Below, in pieces: positions 1 through 9,111 of a stretch of 64,000 nucleotides of DNA; position 1 is the first letter of the stretch, and every line of letters begins with the position of its first letter. This stretch comes from Acidimicrobiia bacterium (lineage in GTDB: Bacteria > Actinomycetota > Acidimicrobiia > Spongiisociales > ZC4RG35), in contig JBGTFH010000050.1 of assembly GCA_041747375.1 (NCBI GenBank), positions 10,955 to 74,954 on the forward strand, written 5' to 3'. The notes below the pieces were generated by a model. That model was not told the origin of the DNA. It worked only from the letters and a program-made list of their open reading frames with translations, and made no database searches. The translations under genes and the position numbers were made by a program.

Positions 1-1
1 C

Positions 2-493
2 GATCTCCTCACTTTTGCCAAGGGTTTGGGAAACGGTTTGGCAATGGCTGGTGTGGTCGGCCGCGCCGAGATCATCGACTGTCTGGCCGCCAATTCGATC
101 TCCACCTTCGGTGGAAACCCCCTGTCAACTGCGGGTGCTCTGGCGAACCTGGGCTACCTGCTGGACAATGACCTGCAGACCAATGCATACAAGGTGGGCC
201 AACGGCTGATGTCCGGGATCGTCGACATGCAGTCGAGATTCCCGATCATTGGAGATGTCCGCGGAAAAGGGCTGATGATCGGGGTCGAATTCGTCCATCC
301 TGGAGGCAAGGAGCCCGACGCCCCCACTACCGCTGCCGTTATGGAAGCCGCCAAGGCGAAAGGACTGTTGATCGGCAAGGGAGGCCTCCACGGCAACACC
401 CTCAGAATCGCACCCCCGCTCTCGGTCACCGAAGAAGAAGCAGACGAAGGCCTTGGCCTGCTCGAAGCAGCCATCGCCGCTGCCACCACATAA
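2..493 (+). CDS. class-III (omega-type) PLP aminotransferase, C-terminal part; 5' end outside window
   Basis: The frame is open from the window edge to TAA at 491-493. GNPLS, DVRGKGLMIGVEF and LRIAPPL segments are typical of GABA/beta-alanine-type transaminases. It is the first gene of a tight plus-strand cluster. Confidence 0.8.
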   Translation, partial: DLLTFAKGLGNGLAMAGVVGRAEIIDCLAANSISTFGGNPLSTAGALANLGYLLDNDLQTNAYKVGQRLMSGIVDMQSRFPIIGDVRGKGLMIGVEFVHPGGKEPDAPTTAAVMEAAKAKGLLIGKGGLHGNTLRIAPPLSVTEEEADEGLGLLEAAIAAATT

Positions 494-505
494 GAGGAGA
501 GACGA

Positions 506-1918
506 ATGGCCAAAACACTGATCAGGGGTGGCACGGTTATCACCGCCACCGAGACAATGGAGGCCGATGTCCTGATCGACGGCGGCAAAGTCGTCGCGCT
601 ACTCGGCCGGGAGCACACGGCCGAGGCAGACGAGGTCATTGACGCCACCGACAAGTACGTGATGCCAGGAGGCATCGATGTCCATACCCATATGGAACTC
701 CCGTTCGGGGGCACGTTCGCAGCCGATACCTTCGAGACCGGTACCCGCGCTGCGGCATGGGGCGGGACAACCTCGATCGTTGACTTCGCCGTCCAAACCA
801 AGGGCCAATCGGCAATGGACGGGTTTGAGGCCTGGATGGACAAGGCCGCAAACAACTGCGCCATCGACTACGGGTTCCACATGATCACCGGGGACATCAA
901 CGAGCAGACCCTCAAGGAGATGCAGATGTTGATGGACGAAGGCGTTTCCAGCTTCAAGATGTTCATGGCCTATCCCGGTGTCTTCTATTCCGATGACGGC
1001 GAGATTCTCCGTGCCATGCAAAAGGGTGCGGAGATCGGCGCCACCATTTGCATGCACGCCGAAAATGGCATTGCGATCGACGTGTTGGTCGAACAAGCCC
1101 TCGCCCGTGGCGAGACCGACCCGGTCTATCACGGTATCGTCCGCAAGTCGATCCTGGAAGGCGAGGCGGCGCATCGGGCCATCAAGCTCGCCGAACTAAC
1201 CGGTGTTCCCCTTTACATCGTCCACCTCTCCGCCAAAGAGGCACTCGACCAGGTAATTCAGGCCCGCGACGAGGGGCGGAACGTGTTTGCTGAGACCTGC
1301 CCTCAGTATCTCTTTCTTTCACTCGATGACATGCGCGACGGCTTCGAAGGGGCCAAGTATGTGGCCTCTCCCCCGTTACGGGACTCGGCGGACGGACACC
1401 AGGAGCGACTCTGGCAGGGACTGCGAACCAACGACCTCCAGGTGATCTCGACCGACCATTGCCCGTTCTGCATGGGTGATCATCCGCAGTTCGGTACCCA
1501 GAAGCAGCTCGGCAAGGACGACTTCTCCAAGATCCCCAACGGCATGCCCGGTGTCGAGCCGCGATTCGGCCTGATCTACAACGGAGGAGTTGCAGGGGGC
1601 CGCTTCTCGGTGAACCGGTTTGTCGAATTGGTTGCCACCACACCGGCGAAGATGTTCGGGATGTATCCCAAGAAGGGGACCATCGCTATCGGTTCCGATG
1701 CTGACATTGTGGTGTTCGACCCCAGTGGGAAGACACTGGTTTCGGTCGACACCCACCACATGGCAGTCGATTACTCGGCCTACGAAGGGTACGAACTAGC
1801 CGGCAAGATCGACGTCGTCCTCTCCAAGGGGAAGGCGATCATTAAGGACGACGAATACCACGGCCAGCCCGGTGACGGCGAATACCTGCACCGTGGCACC
1901 AACCAATACCTGATTTAG
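506..1918 (+). CDS. hydA: dihydropyrimidinase / D-hydantoinase
   Basis: 470 aa. It has the DVHTHMELPFGG (HxH metal site) and KMFMAY (carbamylated Lys) motifs of cyclic amidohydrolases. The gene starts 12 nt after the upstream stop. Confidence 0.9.
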   Translation: MAKTLIRGGTVITATETMEADVLIDGGKVVALLGREHTAEADEVIDATDKYVMPGGIDVHTHMELPFGGTFAADTFETGTRAAAWGGTTSIVDFAVQTKGQSAMDGFEAWMDKAANNCAIDYGFHMITGDINEQTLKEMQMLMDEGVSSFKMFMAYPGVFYSDDGEILRAMQKGAEIGATICMHAENGIAIDVLVEQALARGETDPVYHGIVRKSILEGEAAHRAIKLAELTGVPLYIVHLSAKEALDQVIQARDEGRNVFAETCPQYLFLSLDDMRDGFEGAKYVASPPLRDSADGHQERLWQGLRTNDLQVISTDHCPFCMGDHPQFGTQKQLGKDDFSKIPNGMPGVEPRFGLIYNGGVAGGRFSVNRFVELVATTPAKMFGMYPKKGTIAIGSDADIVVFDPSGKTLVSVDTHHMAVDYSAYEGYELAGKIDVVLSKGKAIIKDDEYHGQPGDGEYLHRGTNQYLI

Positions 1919-1926
1919 GAGTTCCG

Positions 1927-3423
1927 ATGAAACTGATCACTCACTGGATCAATGGTGAACTGGTTACCGGGCGTCCCGAGCGAACCGGGATCGTGTTCGA
2001 CCCCTCGACGGGTGAACGTCAAGCCGAAGTGGCAATGGCAACCGCTGAGACCGTCGACCTCGCGGTCAGAGCCGCCAAGAACGCCTTTGAGACCTGGCGC
2101 GATGCTCCCCTCACCACGAGGCAAAACATCATGTTTGCCTATCGCGAGATCGTGGTCGCCCGCAAGGAAGAGATGGCAAGGGTCCTCAGCTCAGAGCATG
2201 GGAAGACCCTCGACGATGCCATGGGCGAAGTGCAACGAGGTCTTGAGGTCATCGAGTTCGCATGCAATATCGCCCACCTTCTCAAGGGCGACTACTCAGA
2301 GCAGGTTTCGACAAGCGTCGACACCTACACCATTCGCCAACCGCTGGGGGTGGTGGCCGGTATCACGCCATTCAATTTTCCGGCGATGGTCCCGATGTGG
2401 ATGTACCCGATCGCAATTGCATGCGGCAACACCTTCATCCTGAAACCTTCGGAGAAGGATCCGTCCACATCGGAGTTGGCAGCACGCTGGTTGGCGGACG
2501 CCGGGTTGCCGGACGGTGTGTTCAACGTGGTGCACGGGGACAAGGTGGCGGTCGACGCCATCCTCAACCATCCCGACATAGCGGCGGTTTCGTTTGTCGG
2601 ATCGACCCCGATCGCGAGATATATCTACGAAACCGGAACGGCAACGGGGAAACGGGTCCAGGCACTGGGTGGGGCAAAGAACCACATGATCGTGCTCCCC
2701 GACGCCGACATGGATCTGGCCGCAGACAGCGCAGTTTCGGCCGGCTATGGATCCGCCGGTGAGCGTTGCATGGCGATTTCGGTAGTCACGACGGTCGGAG
2801 ACGCCGCCGAACGTCTCATTCCCAAGATCAGAGAGCGGATTTCGGCCCTTACAGTCGGGCCCTCGCTCGAAACCACGTCGCAAATGGGGCCTCTGATCAC
2901 CGGGGAACATCGTGACAAGGTGAAGGGCTATGTCGACGCCGGTGAGCGAGAAGGAGCCTCTCTCCTCGATGACGGACGCGATCTGGTTGTGTCCGGCCAT
3001 GAGAGCGGCTTTTTCGTCGGGCCCACCCTCTTCGACAACGTGACACCGGAGATGAGCATCTACACCGATGAGATATTCGGACCGGTGCTCTCGATCGTTC
3101 GTACCGACCACTACGAAGATGCGATCAAGCTGATAAACGAGAACCCATACGGAAACGGGACGGCTGTCTTCACAAACGACGGGGGCACCGCCCGAAAATT
3201 CCAGAACGAGATCGAGGTGGGCATGGTTGGAATCAATGTCCCGATACCTGTTCCACTCGCTTTCTACAGCTTTGGTGGCTGGAAGAACTCGATCTTCGGG
3301 TCCCATGCCATATACGGGCCGGAGGGTGTTCACTTCTACACCAAGCAGAAAGTGGTTATCAGCCGGTGGCCGGATCCGATTCATCGTGGAGTCGATCTCG
3401 GCTTCCCCCAACACGGCAAGTAG
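1927..3423 (+). CDS. mmsA: CoA-acylating methylmalonate/malonate-semialdehyde dehydrogenase
   Basis: 498 aa. The MKLITHWINGE N-terminus, FILKPSEKDP and catalytic GERCMA identify an aldehyde dehydrogenase of the MmsA type. Confidence 0.9.
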   Translation: MKLITHWINGELVTGRPERTGIVFDPSTGERQAEVAMATAETVDLAVRAAKNAFETWRDAPLTTRQNIMFAYREIVVARKEEMARVLSSEHGKTLDDAMGEVQRGLEVIEFACNIAHLLKGDYSEQVSTSVDTYTIRQPLGVVAGITPFNFPAMVPMWMYPIAIACGNTFILKPSEKDPSTSELAARWLADAGLPDGVFNVVHGDKVAVDAILNHPDIAAVSFVGSTPIARYIYETGTATGKRVQALGGAKNHMIVLPDADMDLAADSAVSAGYGSAGERCMAISVVTTVGDAAERLIPKIRERISALTVGPSLETTSQMGPLITGEHRDKVKGYVDAGEREGASLLDDGRDLVVSGHESGFFVGPTLFDNVTPEMSIYTDEIFGPVLSIVRTDHYEDAIKLINENPYGNGTAVFTNDGGTARKFQNEIEVGMVGINVPIPVPLAFYSFGGWKNSIFGSHAIYGPEGVHFYTKQKVVISRWPDPIHRGVDLGFPQHGK

Positions 3424-4428
3424 ATGGATTTCGGAGTCGTCCTCCAAACTGACCCTCCTGCCTCCCGGGTGATCGAGCTTGCCGTCATGGCAGAGCAAGA
3501 GGGATTCAGCTACGGGTGGACGTTCGATTCTCACGTGTTGTGGCAAGAGCCATTTGTCATCTACAGCCAGATGCTGGCTGCAACCGAGCGAATGATTGTC
3601 GGCCCCATGGTCACCAACCCCGGCACCAGAGACGCAACGGTGTTGGCGTCCCTCTTCGCCACGCTCAACGACATGTTCGACGGGCGGACCATCTGCGGGA
3701 TCGGTCGGGGCGACTCCGCCTTGCGCTACATCGGAAAAACGCCGAAGACACTCGATGAGATGGTTGTCGCGGGTCAGCTGATCAAAGCCCTCGTCGCCGG
3801 GGACAAAGTCGACTACGAAGGTACCGAACTCCAGATTCCATGGATCAAGGATGGTTGGGACCTGCCGATCTGGATGGCCGGGTATGGCCCGAAAGCCCTG
3901 GCAACAGTAGGGGCCTACGCCGATGGTTTCATTCTCCAACTCGCCGACCCGCAGATCCTGGAATGGACCATGGGCGCCGTCCGCACGGCGGCGAAGGAAG
4001 CAGGGCGGGACCCTGACTCGATCGACATTTGTGTGGTGGCACCGGCTTACGTAGGCGACGACCTCGCTCACCAGCGTGACCAACTGCGGTGGTTCGGGGG
4101 AATGGTGGGAAATCACGTCCATGATCTCGTCAACCGTTATGGGGCCGACAGCCCGACTATCCCAAGGGCACTGTCCGACTATATAAAGGCGCGTGAGGGC
4201 TACGACTATTCCCATCATGGTCGGGCCGACAACGAGTCAACCGATTTCGTCCCCGACGAGATAGTCGACCGGTTCTGCGTTCTCGGCACGGTGGAACAGC
4301 ACCTCGAAAAGCTGTCGCTCCTCCGGGAAATGGGAGTGAAGCAGTTCGGGATATATCTCATGCACGACCAGCAGGAGGAAACCCTGAGCGCCTATGGCTC
4401 ACAGATAATTCCCGCGCTCGGCGGGTAG
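3424..4428 (+). CDS. luciferase-like (LLM) oxidoreductase, probably F420-dependent subgroup
   Basis: 334 aa with a TIM-barrel LLM-like sequence (MDFGVVLQTDPP...GFSYGWTFDSH...GIGRGDS). Its ATG directly abuts the mmsA TAG (TAGATG). The cofactor assignment is an inference from family resemblance only. Confidence 0.7.
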   Translation: MDFGVVLQTDPPASRVIELAVMAEQEGFSYGWTFDSHVLWQEPFVIYSQMLAATERMIVGPMVTNPGTRDATVLASLFATLNDMFDGRTICGIGRGDSALRYIGKTPKTLDEMVVAGQLIKALVAGDKVDYEGTELQIPWIKDGWDLPIWMAGYGPKALATVGAYADGFILQLADPQILEWTMGAVRTAAKEAGRDPDSIDICVVAPAYVGDDLAHQRDQLRWFGGMVGNHVHDLVNRYGADSPTIPRALSDYIKAREGYDYSHHGRADNESTDFVPDEIVDRFCVLGTVEQHLEKLSLLREMGVKQFGIYLMHDQQEETLSAYGSQIIPALGG

Positions 4429-4455
4429 GCATGCAATCCAGGCAGTTATTGGAGA

Positions 4456-5088
4456 ATGACGATGTGGATACGTAGCAACAATTTCGAAGACGGCGGCCCG
4501 ATTCCCGGTGACAATGCCCTGGCCGTGGTCGCCCCGGTGGGCCACGTCGAGTTTTCGTTGAATCGGAACCCCCACCTCGAATGGGGGGAAGTACCGGACG
4601 GAACACGATCAATCGCAATCACGATGATCGACCAGGATGTGCCCACTGTTGGCGACGATGTCAATCAGGAAGATCGCGAGGTCCCGGCCGACCTCCCGAG
4701 GAACACCTTTTCTCATTGGCTCCTGATAGACGTGCCTCCAGAAGATCGATCGGTGATCGAAGCCGAGTTCTCTGACCGGGTCATCCCCCATGGTAAGCCG
4801 GGGTTATCCGGACGTCCACGGGAAGGAGTCAACGACTACACCGGGTGGTTTGCCGGAGACGAAGACATGGCGGGCACCTACAAGGGCTACGACGGGCCAG
4901 GTCCACCATGGAACGACAGCATCATCCACCACTACGAAGTCCGGGTAATGGCGCTAGATGTCGAGCGCCTCGAGGTCGATGACGATTTCACGGCCGCCGA
5001 CCTGGAAAGTGCCGCCGCCGGGCACATCCTCGATGCGGCATCGATTACAGGGCTCTATGCCCTCAATCCCCGGCTCCTCCCCTACTGA
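4456..5088 (+). CDS. YbhB/YbcL-family PEBP (Raf-kinase-inhibitor-like) protein
   Basis: 210 aa with a PEBP-type core (GYDGPGPPWNDSIIHHYEVRVMALD). Two in-frame starts are possible, at 4456 and 4462. Confidence 0.75.
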   Translation: MTMWIRSNNFEDGGPIPGDNALAVVAPVGHVEFSLNRNPHLEWGEVPDGTRSIAITMIDQDVPTVGDDVNQEDREVPADLPRNTFSHWLLIDVPPEDRSVIEAEFSDRVIPHGKPGLSGRPREGVNDYTGWFAGDEDMAGTYKGYDGPGPPWNDSIIHHYEVRVMALDVERLEVDDDFTAADLESAAAGHILDAASITGLYALNPRLLPY

Positions 5089-5089
5089 G

Positions 5090-6115
5090 TCATCCCAACT
5101 CGGGATCTTCGCAGACAGAAGCCGACAAGCCACGCTGAGGAGTGAACACCCTCGGTTCATCGATGGATCCCTGCCCCTGCCGATTGGTCTTCAGATAGGC
5201 CGTAACCGCGTCCGCTACCGCCAACCCGGCGACACTCACATACTCCTCTGTCGCCAGCAGTTCGGCCTCGGGCCGATGAGAGATGTAAGCCAGTTCGACC
5301 AGAGCGGTGGTTGTCTCGGGGCTTCTCAGCATGCCATAGGCATCGGTACCCCGGGTATTGAGGACTTCGAGGACACCGGCGTCGGGTGCCCTGGACCAGA
5401 CCACGTCATCGAACATCCCGAGCGCGTCCACAATTTCTTCATAGAGGAGGGCACCCAGCCGTCCTGAGTCCGGAGAGTCGTGCTGGGCGAAGACTTCCGT
5501 TCCAGGCTCAGGGCCGAGATTCGCAGTTGGTGCGTTGTGGTGAATCGAAACCATGATCTCGGCACCCACATGATCGGCAAAGAGCGCTCGAACTCCGATG
5601 ACGGATGCGTAGTCGTAAGTCCTTGTCAGTGCAACAACCACACCGCGACTCTCGAGAATCCGCTGCGCGTCTCGCGCCACATTCAGGTTGACCTCGGCTT
5701 CTTTGAGCCCATTTGCCCCAACCGCGCCAGGGTCAGGGCTCCCACCGTGTCCCGGGTCGAGGACCACATCGACGATGCCTATCTCTTCACCGGACGCGAC
5801 GATTGCCTCGTTTCCACACGGGGTACGGACCCTGTATCCGAATGACGAGTCCTCGAGCACGGCCACGATCACACCTGTAGCCGTGATCAGTGCAGCTACG
5901 GGTTCGGGCGGACCGCCTGTGGGAACTTCGGCCCCAACAACACCCGTGGTGGTCGTGGTCACCGCCGCGCTGGTAGAGGTGGTGCTGGCGGTGTCAGCGA
6001 CTGTCGACCCGGTGACCTGGGAGATAGGAGGTGTTGCCGAAGCCGAGGTACATGCCTGGACGATCAGGGTAAGGAGCGTGATGAGAATTATTGGCTGCGT
6101 GTGACTTCGGGTCAT
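5090..6115 (-). CDS. N-acetylmuramoyl-L-alanine amidase (Amidase_3) with signal/lipoprotein-like N-terminus and Thr/Ser-rich linker
   Basis: VVLDPGHGG...GANGLKEAEVNLNVA is the amidase_3 signature. The start is chosen at ATG 6115 (MTRSHTQPIILITLLTLIVQAC), which gives a signal peptide. The ORF stays open up to 6181. Confidence 0.8.
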   Translation of the reverse strand: MTRSHTQPIILITLLTLIVQACTSASATPPISQVTGSTVADTASTTSTSAAVTTTTTGVVGAEVPTGGPPEPVAALITATGVIVAVLEDSSFGYRVRTPCGNEAIVASGEEIGIVDVVLDPGHGGSPDPGAVGANGLKEAEVNLNVARDAQRILESRGVVVALTRTYDYASVIGVRALFADHVGAEIMVSIHHNAPTANLGPEPGTEVFAQHDSPDSGRLGALLYEEIVDALGMFDDVVWSRAPDAGVLEVLNTRGTDAYGMLRSPETTTALVELAYISHRPEAELLATEEYVSVAGLAVADAVTAYLKTNRQGQGSIDEPRVFTPQRGLSASVCEDPELG

Positions 6116-6164
6116 ATGTGATTGGTAGGGAGGACAATACCGTGGAGGCGGTAGTCTTCTGGCC

Positions 6165-6353
6165 ATGTTCGGCCCTCTCAACGGTGTGCGAGTCGCACTC
6201 GTCGCAAGCGCTGTATTTGCCGCGATCGCAGCCGTTTTTGCCGGATACGTCGGCGCAGGGCTGGTGGTGCTGGCCGGAGTTGCCCTCCATGGTCTCGGCT
6301 GGCTCTACTTATACAATCAAGATGCCGGGCCAGAGAACTCGACTGGCGACTAG
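6165..6353 (+). CDS. hypothetical small membrane protein (62 aa, two hydrophobic segments)
   Basis: The ORF has an ATG start and a strongly hydrophobic product (VALVASAVFAAIAAVFAGYVGAGLVVLAGVAL). It converges on the phosphohexomutase gene with a 4-nt overlap. There is no homology anchor. Confidence 0.35.
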   Translation: MFGPLNGVRVALVASAVFAAIAAVFAGYVGAGLVVLAGVALHGLGWLYLYNQDAGPENSTGD

Positions 6354-8089
6354 TCAGCCTGAAGCCTTCCCTCCAGCAATGAGGCGAACTCCCGGGCAGT
6401 TTGCTCGGCCATGCTCAGACATGACTCGCGTTGGATTTGTAATTCTTCCCTTGTCGTCGCCGCGATCACGTCTTCACGGATATCGACGTAGATCTTCAAT
6501 TTGGGCTCGGTACCGCTGGGCCGTGCCAGTATCCGCCCCCCGTCGAGGTCGAGTTGAACGAGCGGTTGGGCACCCAGCCAGGGCGGTCTGTGCTCGGCGC
6601 CGATCCGGTAGTCGACCATTCCGGCAACCGTTCTGCCGGCGATTGCCTCAGGTGGGTCGTTGGCGATCGCCTCGACGGCACGAACGATATCGCGCTGGCC
6701 TTGCTCTCCCGGCCTGACCAGTGACTTCTGTGTGCTGACCCACAGCCCGTGCCGACGCCACAGGTCATGAAGCAGGTCGAGAAGCGAGAAACCCTTTTCA
6801 GATTGCAGAGCGGCGATGTCGGCGAGCAGGATGGCTGCGGCCATCCCGTCTTTGTCACGCACGGTTCGACCCACGGAATACCCGAGCGCCTCCTCATAGC
6901 CAAAGAGGAACTCCCCCGCCCCCTCAGACTCTACGGCGAGCGCTGCGTTGATGATCCACTTGAACCCGGTCAGAGTCACCAGGTGCTCGGCGCCGTAGAC
7001 GGCGGCAATGTCGGTAAGCATCGGGCTCGACACCACCGAATTGGCCGTGATCGGCCGTTTTGACAGATTCGCAGGCGGATTCTCGAGTAGATGCGATCCG
7101 AGGATTACCCCTAGTTCGTTACCGGTGAACAGGCGCCATCCGCTTCCCTCTGCCACCGCTCCTGCGAGCCGATCGGCATCCGGGTCGTTGGCGACCACCA
7201 ATCGGGCTGAGATCTCTGTAGCCTTCTCCAAGGCCAGATCGAGGGCACCGGGCTCTTCAGGATTGGGGAAGGCAACGGTGGGAAAGGTGCCGTCCGGATC
7301 GAACTGCGATTCCACGACGTGAAAGTCGTCGTGGAGCGTCCTGGAAAACAGGTCGACGACGGTCGGCCCTCCGACGCCGTGAAGTGGCGTGTACACGATT
7401 TTGATGGTCTCAACCGGAACACGAGTCCGGTAGGCACTTACTTCGTCCCAGTATCGATCCAGGAGTGCACCGGGTGCGCTCCGGACCAGTGGATCGGACA
7501 CCCCGAACGGGTCGGGCAGACGTGGGATCGAATTGGCTGGCCCGGTCCGAGCGATGGCAGCGGCGATTCCCGTGTCGGTCGGGGAGATAATCTGGGCCGC
7601 GTTCGGTCCGTACACCTTGTAGCCGTTGTCGGCGGGAGGGTTGTGGCTTGCTGTTACCACAACCGCACCGCGAGCTTTGAGGACCTTCGCAGCAAACGCA
7701 ACCAGAGGCGTTGGTGTGACGTCCTCGAAATATACGACCTGGAGCCCGGCAGCGGCGAGCACACCCACTGTGTCCTCAGCAAACTGGCGGCTCGATGGCC
7801 GCGCATCGAACCCCACCACCACCGGAGCTTCCGGGCCTGCTTCTACGCTGTCGAGGAGAAAGTCGGCCAAACCTCTTGTCGTCTTGATCACAACGGCGCG
7901 ATTCATCTGATTCGATCCCGGCCCGACGACGCCACGGATCCCGGCGGTGCCGAACTCGAGAGAGCCGCCCATGGCCTTTATCAGCGAGGCCCGGTCGCCC
8001 GATTCCACGATGGACATGAGCGCTGCGGCAGTTACCGGATCAGGGTCTCCGGCGGCCCAATCCCGCGCCTTCGATTCGATGTTCGTCAA
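6350..8089 (-). CDS. phosphomannomutase/phosphoglucomutase (alpha-D-phosphohexomutase)
   Basis: It carries the TASHNPPADNGYKVY phosphoserine loop. The ORF is open to 8158, but TTG at 8089 overlaps the galE stop (TTGA) and precedes the conserved ARDWAAGDPDPVT N-terminal segment. GTG at 8116 is an alternative start. Confidence 0.85.
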   Translation of the reverse strand: MTNIESKARDWAAGDPDPVTAAALMSIVESGDRASLIKAMGGSLEFGTAGIRGVVGPGSNQMNRAVVIKTTRGLADFLLDSVEAGPEAPVVVGFDARPSSRQFAEDTVGVLAAAGLQVVYFEDVTPTPLVAFAAKVLKARGAVVVTASHNPPADNGYKVYGPNAAQIISPTDTGIAAAIARTGPANSIPRLPDPFGVSDPLVRSAPGALLDRYWDEVSAYRTRVPVETIKIVYTPLHGVGGPTVVDLFSRTLHDDFHVVESQFDPDGTFPTVAFPNPEEPGALDLALEKATEISARLVVANDPDADRLAGAVAEGSGWRLFTGNELGVILGSHLLENPPANLSKRPITANSVVSSPMLTDIAAVYGAEHLVTLTGFKWIINAALAVESEGAGEFLFGYEEALGYSVGRTVRDKDGMAAAILLADIAALQSEKGFSLLDLLHDLWRRHGLWVSTQKSLVRPGEQGQRDIVRAVEAIANDPPEAIAGRTVAGMVDYRIGAEHRPPWLGAQPLVQLDLDGGRILARPSGTEPKLKIYVDIREDVIAATTREELQIQRESCLSMAEQTAREFASLLEGRLQAD

Positions 8090-9084
8090 CGAGGTCTCCG
8101 GCTGACCCAGTTCCACGAGTCCCGGCACATGTCGCTCAGATCGAGCTTGGTGCTCCAACCGAGTCGTGCGTAGGCCTTTTGCACATCAGCGTACGAAGCA
8201 GCCACATCTCCGGGGCGGCGGGCCTCGATAACGAACGGGATGTCAACTCCTGATTCCCTGGAATAGGCTTCGATGACCTCGAGAACACTGTTTCCCCGTC
8301 CGGTGCCCAGGTTGTACACGTGGACTCCGGCTTCATCGCTGTGGGTCTCGAGAGCGCGCACATGGCCCTCAGCGAGATCCTCGACGTGGATGTAATCACG
8401 CACCCCGGTGCCGTCGGGAGTCGGGTAGTCGTTGCCGAACACTCTGACGTGGTCGAGTTCGCCAGCAGCGACCTTGGCGACGTATGGCATCAAATTGTTG
8501 GGGATCCCGCTTGGCTCCTCGCCGATCAAACCCGACGGATGGGCTCCCACCGGGTTGAAATACCTGAGGAGGCAGATGCTCCAGTCGGGGTTGGCGGTCT
8601 GGACGTCGATCAACACCCGTTCCATCATTATCTTGCTCCACCCGTACGGATTGGTGGCCACGCCTACCGGCATGTCCTCCCGTAACGGCAGATCAGCCGC
8701 TTCACCGTAAACGGTCGCTGACGAACTGAAGATGAACTGTTTCACATTCGCCTCCCGCAGTGCGGCGAGGAGAGAAGTGGTGCCGCTGACATTGTTGTCG
8801 TAGTACCGCAGCGGTTCTTCGACCGACTCCCCCACTGATTTGAGGGCCGCAAAGTGAATGCAAGCGTCGATTTCGTCGAGGACCCCCGCCACACGCTCTG
8901 TGTCGCGAATGTCGACCTTGTGGAATTCGGGGACCACACCGGTCAGTTCCCCAATCCGGCCAACGACACCCTCGTTCGAGTTGGATAGGTTGTCGATGAT
9001 TATCGGCTCATGACCGGAGTTGATGAGGGATGCGACGGTATGGCTACCGATGAAGCCGCTTCCTCCGGTGACTAATACGCGCAT
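8086..9084 (-). CDS. galE: UDP-glucose 4-epimerase
   Basis: 332 aa. MRVLVTGGSGFIGSH is a Rossmann motif, and the sequence is typical GalE throughout. Confidence 0.9.
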   Translation of the reverse strand: MRVLVTGGSGFIGSHTVASLINSGHEPIIIDNLSNSNEGVVGRIGELTGVVPEFHKVDIRDTERVAGVLDEIDACIHFAALKSVGESVEEPLRYYDNNVSGTTSLLAALREANVKQFIFSSSATVYGEAADLPLREDMPVGVATNPYGWSKIMMERVLIDVQTANPDWSICLLRYFNPVGAHPSGLIGEEPSGIPNNLMPYVAKVAAGELDHVRVFGNDYPTPDGTGVRDYIHVEDLAEGHVRALETHSDEAGVHVYNLGTGRGNSVLEVIEAYSRESGVDIPFVIEARRPGDVAASYADVQKAYARLGWSTKLDLSDMCRDSWNWVSRRPR

Positions 9085-9111
9085 TCAACTGAGGTTAGGC
9101 GGTGGCGGGGA

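Noticed and set aside
2296-4218. 640-aa minus-strand ORF spanning mmsA and the LLM gene
   Set aside because: It lies antisense to two well-supported plus-strand genes. The product is Arg/Gly/Pro-rich with no motif. This is a typical stop-poor shadow frame of high-GC DNA.
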